From the NCBI RefSeq assembly GCF_009914755.1, contig NC_060934.1: a DNA stretch of 64,000 bases. One strand, written 5' to 3'. The notes below the pieces were generated by a model that had not been told where the DNA came from, did no database searches, and worked only from the letters and a program-made list of their open reading frames with translations. Positions 60,476 to 64,000 of this stretch are shown here, in pieces. The stretch's first letter is position 1. Each line of letters starts with the position of its first letter. Origin of the DNA: the human T2T-CHM13v2.0 reference genome, Homo sapiens. A program made the position numbers and the translations under genes.

Positions 60476-61930
60476 TTTTGGAAAAAAGGATAAAATTTGG
60501 CTCTCTAAAGCCACCTTATTTCTTAATGATTCTAGATAACGTAAAAAAAAAAAAAAGACAATTACAAGACCTGTCCTGCATCTTTTCATCTCATTAGCCT
60601 CTCAATAACATGATCCCATACATTTTACAAGACTGAATTTTTCTGGACCATTTTAAGTGAGTTATGGTGGAGTTTAACTGTCTGCTCCCATCCCCCTATC
60701 CCACGAATGCTCAGCCCCAGAGAACAGCTCCCTCTCTCTGATGCTCACTCACCCACCTGCTCTCATGGCTTATTCACATCACACTGTGGTCCCAACTCCT
60801 GGCTTTTCTGCATCTCACATTCTTGTTCCCAGTGCTGCCTGCTCTTTCCTCCCTCAAGCCTGCTTGCTTCAACCACTGATTCTGGTACTTTTCAGTTGTG
60901 TTTTCTTATTATTATTTTCTAATTTGTATTGATTTCCTATTATGAATAGGTATTTTATGTACATGGTACAGCATCAAAAAGCTACACAGGGTATATGTAC
61001 AGTAGAAATTAAGTCCCCTTTCACCCACATCTCATAGTAATGGAATCTTCCTCTGTGAAAGTAACCATTGTTACCAGTTTCTTGAGTATCTTCCCAGAGA
61101 TGACCTGTGAATTTATAAATATTTATGTATATACACATATTTCTTTTCTTCTGTACAGATTGAGCATACTATACAGATTGTTTGGTATCTGGCATTTCCC
61201 CATTGACATCATAGCTTGGAAAGTGCTCCATTTCAGTGCACAGAGAGCTGCTCATTTTTGTTATTGCTATCACTTTTCTTTGGCTTTGACTCTTGGAAAA
61301 AAATGTCTTGGGCCATTCTGGCAGTGTCTCCAAACCTGCCCTCTGCTCCCTGTACTGCAGTTTCTAACGAGAGGTACCCTCTGCCCACCCTCCTCAGAGA
61401 CTTGCACCATCCCCACCCCTCTCCCTGGCCTTCCTGCCAGTGATGGAGAGGAATGAGCCATTCTAACCACAGAACTTTTCATTTCTCCGAAGAACCACCG
61501 AGCTGAAAAGGGAAATGGCTCTTCCTGTAAGGGAGTCTGAGGACTTTCAACAATGACATGCTGGTGCCTGGCAAGGAGCCCAGATTCACAAAACCTTCCC
61601 AGCCATATCAGATAAACGGCATTTATACCACTAGGACCAAGATCAGCGATATCAAATCAGCAATCCTTCCTGCTTAATATGCATGCTTCTCTTTTAAGAT
61701 AAACAAGGGGTCACTTTGCACAAGAAACAGTCAGCATCCTTCTCAGGGCCCAGGGCTGCATGGCATCTCAATTTTGTTACACCTTCATCATACATGTAAG
61801 TTTCAAGCATGGGACCTCTTAGCGGGTTGTGTAATTACCACCGCCTAAAAATTTAGCCTCTTCCACCCTAATTCAATGCAGAGACAAACACAAAAGTCCC
61901 AAAGTTAGACTTGGTTAAAAAAGAATTTAG

Positions 61931-62830
61931 GGGCTGAGCCCGGTGGCTCACCCCTGTAATCCCAGCACTTCAGGAGGGAGGATTGCTCCCTACTTCAAGG
62001 TGGGAGGATTGCTTGAGTCACCAGTTTGAGACCAGCCTAGGCAACACAGCAAGACCCTGTCTCTACAAAAATATATATTTTTTCAATTAGCTAGGCATGG
62101 TGGTGCATGCCTGTAGTCCCAGCTACTTGGGAAGCTGAGGGAAGAGGATTGCTTGAGCCCAGGAGGTCACGGCTGTAGTGAGCTCACCCATGATTGTACC
62201 ACTGCACTCCAGCCTGGGTGACAGAGCAAGACCCTGTCTCAAGAAAGAATTCAGAGGAGTTTGAGTAAAATTTGGCCAAGAAAAGAATCTTTGTCAAGGG
62301 CCAGAGTCTAGGAATGAGGGACTGCAAAAAAACTTGAAGGAATCCAGCCCCCATACCAACCTTGGACCACATTCATCATGACTTTTCCATGGGGGAGAAG
62401 TAAATTCTGATCTAGTCACAGCTCTGTCATGTTGAATTTTGCTTTTTTTTAAAATTTAAATCTCTATCTATCCTAAGTAATGAACTACCATCCCATCAGA
62501 AATAGATTTTTAAGGCTGGACACCATGGCTCATGCCTGTAATCCCAGCACTTAGGGAGGCTGAGGTGGGAGGATAATTTGAGATCAGGAGTTTGAGATCA
62601 GCCTGGTAAACACAGTGAGACCCTGTCTCCACAAAAAAATTTTAAAAATTAGCCAGGCATGGTGGTGCACGCCTGCAATCCCAACTACTCCAGAAGCTGA
62701 GGTGAGAGAATCACTTGAGCTCAGGAGTTCAAGACTGCAGTGAGCTATGTTCACGCCAGTGCCCTCTAGCCTGGGCGACAGAGCAAGCCCTCATCTCTTT
62801 AAAAACAAGGAAAAAGAAAGAAAGAAAATA
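61931..62830 (+). mobile_element. Two AluJ-like elements (~61931-62245 and ~62515-62830)
   Basis: Dimeric Alus with J-type gagc(c/t)caggag right arms. Confidence 0.85.
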
Positions 62831-64000
62831 AATATATTTTAATGTTTATTTTTTGAACCTCTGCTGCCAGCAATGGCAATAGTTAATTTATAGATGTTGG
62901 TTTTAAAGGTATCTGCTATTCTTATTTCCTGCCTTTCCAACCTGTAGGAAATACTTCAGCTTGAAACTTCCACCCTGCTCGGTGCATGAGCCAGAGAGGT
63001 GCATGGAGTGTGCAGGTAGAATGGAGCAGAGAGGTACAGAGGATTTTGGAACTGTTCTTTCAAGAGGTTTGATTCTAATATGCCCAGGTTACCCAGCTGA
63101 CTCCATGGGAACCTACATGCGCATAGAGCCTCAGCCTAACCTGCTGAGTCACAGTAGCAGGAACAGACTTCCAGCTTCTCCCCACATGAGCAGGCCACTC
63201 ACTCCTCAGAGGCATTCATCCTTTTCTGATCTCTGTTGGAAGAACTGGCTACTGGCCAGAGGCCTGGGATGAGGATCCTCTCCACAGCTGACCCCAAGTA
63301 CCAAGGAAATTGGAGGCAGAACTGGCATAGGAGCCAGTTGGGAAGAAGTGAGGGAGGTGGCACTGGGTCACTATACTGATGGTTCCCCATCGCTAGCACC
63401 ACCACTGGGCAGCGGGGCATGGGCATGTTTACCCAACTTAAAGATCCAGGGCAATTTTCGTAGTTTTTGAGAGAAGCCTTTCTGGGTTGCTGGTTCCTGG
63501 TCCCCAGCCCAGCTCTAAGCCCAGTGGGTCAGGAAGTGCTCAGGGGCTGCCAACTGACTTAGGGTATCCACACTGCTTGGAGAAGCTGCTTCTGAGCCCT
63601 ATCCACTATGTCAGGCTGAGCCAGATGCCAGCTCACATAAGTTATATTTGCTATAACCTCTGCATGGCAACTGGGAATCCTGAGTCCTCTTCACAATGTC
63701 CTCAGTTCTCCTAGACTGGGGATCATCCATCATCCCTTTCCTACCTGGCCCGTTACTGGGCCAACTTCCCAGATGGGACGGAGTTGGCTGGCAGGCAGAC
63801 CTCAGAAGGGTCCACTGTCTGAGAATGAGGTTGAGCATCAGGGAGAGCTACTGAGCTTTGAACAAGCCAAGAGAAATGTTTCTTGTAACTGTGGCTGGAG
63901 TCTTCTGCCTGGAAAGATAGGCAGGAGATACTGCTTCAACAACCAAAGGAAGCAGGAGACATCCCACTTGATGACCCCAATATTTCCCTGCTGCCATAAA

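Overview
Primate (very likely human) genomic DNA, matching the RGR region of chr10q23 as I recall it. Bases 111-11155 hold coding exons 2-7 of RGR (retinal G-protein-coupled receptor opsin / retinal photoisomerase) on the + strand. All have GT-AG boundaries and join into an intact frame. Exon 1 is upstream of the window. The rest is repeat-dense intergenic DNA: about 30 Alus, MIR/L2, MER5/MER102, MaLR/ERV1/ERVL solo LTRs and old L1M pieces. It also holds a full-length, coding-dead L1PA2-like element (32491-38540, 17-bp TSD) nested in an older L1M, which keeps an intact 5'UTR and antisense ORF0. That L1 promoter probably drives a spliced lncRNA ending in an LTR near 47.2 kb (probably LINC00858, from recall). 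The most notable observations are: (1) an exact 114-bp copy of the RGR exon 3 end and splice donor sitting in intron 2, with a templated-insertion junction; (2) RGR exon 6 begins with GTAAAC, so a stronger 5' splice site is rebuilt after exon 5-6 joining, a candidate recursive-splicing origin for the RGR-d isoform; (3) a 5'-truncated AluY that carries an inverted copy of neighbouring DNA inside its TSDs; (4) a 133-bp, 91%-identical inverted repeat around a 1.37-kb spacer; (5) divergently oriented CTCF-like motifs around the RGR 3' end. There are no prokaryotic-type systems. Apart from RGR and the L1 ORFs, the ORF-track entries are spurious. Repeat subfamily names were assigned by eye and repeat boundaries are approximate.
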